Shown here piece by piece: positions 62,344 to 64,000 of a stretch of DNA of 64,000 nucleotides. Below the pieces are notes generated by a model, which ran no database searches, had not been told where the DNA came from, and was given only the letters and a program-made list of their open reading frames with translations. Numbering within the stretch: the first letter of the stretch is position 1; each line of letters opens with the position of its first letter. The position numbers were made by a program, and so were the translations under genes. Location: contig CAXXTH010000017.1 of assembly GCA_963668025.2 (NCBI GenBank), positions 1,216,001-1,280,000 of the forward strand, read 5' to 3'. This DNA is from Candidatus Hydrogenedentota bacterium (lineage in GTDB: Bacteria; Hydrogenedentota; Hydrogenedentia; Hydrogenedentales; SLHB01).

Positions 62344-63037
62344 GATGCGGAGGTCCTCCAATCCATGGTTATTGCCCGGACCGATATGGTACGAAGCGCC
62401 CCGAAGTAATATGTGAAACCTGCGGAGAGTAGCATACCCCCGGCACAACCCGCAACCCTTTCCCCATCCTAAAATTACGGAGCCCATTGAATTTATGTGG
62501 AAAACAGGTGTTGCCGCTTATTATCTGCCCGCCAGGGGCGGCGGTCTCGTACGTTCCCGCTCTGCCGCTCGAAAACAAACCCATCCGTTACCGTGAATAG
62601 ACAGGCGTCAAATCGTGTTTTAAAAAGACGCACGGCCCAGGGAGAACCTGGATTCATATTCTATATGTAGCGAAGGAATTAATGTAGCGAAGGAATTAGC
62701 CCTAAGCCCTTTCCCGTCGGATCCGTCTGTTGCACTTCTCCTGTGTCCAGTGGAGAATCTATTATCGCTACTAACTTATTTCGGAGGAGAGCTTGATGCG
62801 TAGCTTTTCGTAGTATTGTCAATAGAAACTGATAGGCGTTCTTGAATTATACAGTCCTGAGAGAGCTTAGATGGCCGATACCTATCTTTGTGTATCCTCA
62901 TAGCAGAATTCGGCTTTAGGCGCATTCGCGGATGAAACGAACACCCATCACTATGAGTCATGGGATTAATGCGAGCACTTTGGCTCTCCAAGAACCCAAT
63001 ATACGGCAACGGAATTCTTGGTATTACCTGTTCACTC

Positions 63038-64000
63038 TCAAGATATTCCAGTGGAGTCCTTTGACTCTAGTTTATATTCGGGAAGCTTACGGAGTCCGGC
63101 ATAAGGAACACGTTCTGTTTGCTTATTAAATAGCTCTATACTCCTTGCTGCTCTCATGCCTGTGTAGAAACCATAGTCCAGGATCAAACCAAGGTACTTC
63201 CGCCCAGCTTCACTTACAGTGATCCCCTCGCTGATAACGTGTAGGAGACGCAGATCTACAAGCTTTCGCACGTTCTCATAGGTCTGGTCGTCTGCCTTTA
63301 TCTCCACTAAAAAGGCATTCCCACGGTGTTCTTTAATGCAAAAGTTTCTAATCTTTTCAAGTAGGTCTTTCAAAGGGCTAGCTAGTCCAGATGCATCTGC
63401 TTCAAGCTCACGCAATTTTATATTTATAGTTTCGGAGGCGGCAACGTTAATATTGGAGACACTAACCCTCGAACGGCTCGATAATATGGCTTTCGAAATA
63501 GCCTGTGAGAATAGGTTCAATGCGTCGCGCGGCACGCCGGCTGCAACCCATGTAAGTCGAGGAACAACATCCCCACTTGTACAAATGCGTCTGACTGAAG
63601 GCAAACCGCAATAGAGGGCATGAGAGTCGAGAATTGCTTCAATATGCTGCGTAGCTTTGTCAGGTATTGTTAAATTGTAGTCGAGAGGTATGATTTGAAC
63701 ATCATGAGAGATCTCTAGTCCTTTTTTTTTGTTAGGATCAAATGTTTTTGTCAGTGTCTCAATAGCAGACAGCTTAAGAAAAAGCTTGTTGCCTCGGCAC
63801 AATGAATATAGAACATCGAGAAGGCTTGGTTGGAGCTCTGGTGCCAAGACATGAAAATCATCCAGAAATATAAACAGCTCTTGCCCGTTATTAGCAAAAT
63901 ATGATAAAAGTCGGCGTAACGTAGGTAGCTGTTTGCGAATTCCTTTCTCTGTGAGGCCAGCCTTACTATAAGCCGCAAGTGACGATGCGTACTCTGGAAG
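63038..64000 (-). CDS. P-loop ATPase-like protein, 5' end outside window, AT-rich
   Basis: Frame stays open to 64000; Walker B-like LFIFLDDFH, AAGVPRD motif and C-terminal wHTH-like LVDLRLLH. Confidence 0.6.
   Translation of the reverse strand, partial: LPEYASSLAAYSKAGLTEKGIRKQLPTLRRLLSYFANNGQELFIFLDDFHVLAPELQPSLLDVLYSLCRGNKLFLKLSAIETLTKTFDPNKKKGLEISHDVQIIPLDYNLTIPDKATQHIEAILDSHALYCGLPSVRRICTSGDVVPRLTWVAAGVPRDALNLFSQAISKAILSSRSRVSVSNINVAASETINIKLRELEADASGLASPLKDLLEKIRNFCIKEHRGNAFLVEIKADDQTYENVRKLVDLRLLHVISEGITVSEAGRKYLGLILDYGFYTGMRAARSIELFNKQTERVPYAGLRKLPEYKLESKDSTGIS

Overview
Moderately GC-rich bacterial chromosomal segment; taxon not determinable from the sequence alone. It carries mostly housekeeping genes: glmS, surE, aroK, aroD, ligA, an Mla/MCE ABC operon, ruvA, argD-argF-argG, fabA, a PpiD/SurA-like chaperone, Skp, and GH2 and GH38 hydrolases. 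Four IS elements are present: two ~99% identical IS1380-family copies (one interrupting an ECF sigma factor), one IS1634-family element, and one IS4-family element inserted in a REP-like palindrome. Many REP-like intergenic repeats occur. The standout feature is an ~11 kb single-strand block of apparently intact phage-derived virion genes (38.36-49.19 kb): portal, two decoration paralogs, protease, major capsid, adaptor, Dit-like, hub-like and baseplate-like proteins, an M15 peptidase and a holin. No terminase, tail tube, tape measure, integrase, repressor or replication gene was recognised in it. It also carries two unexpected nucleic-acid enzyme domains: a LigD-type 3'-phosphoesterase fused to a scaffold-like tail, and a thermonuclease-like domain inserted in the tail hub. 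It looks like a host-domesticated, gene-transfer-agent-like or tail-reduced particle system rather than an ordinary prophage (inference). An AT-rich island with a P-loop ATPase begins at the right edge. No tRNA, rRNA or CRISPR array was seen. All family assignments come from motif recognition, not database searches.
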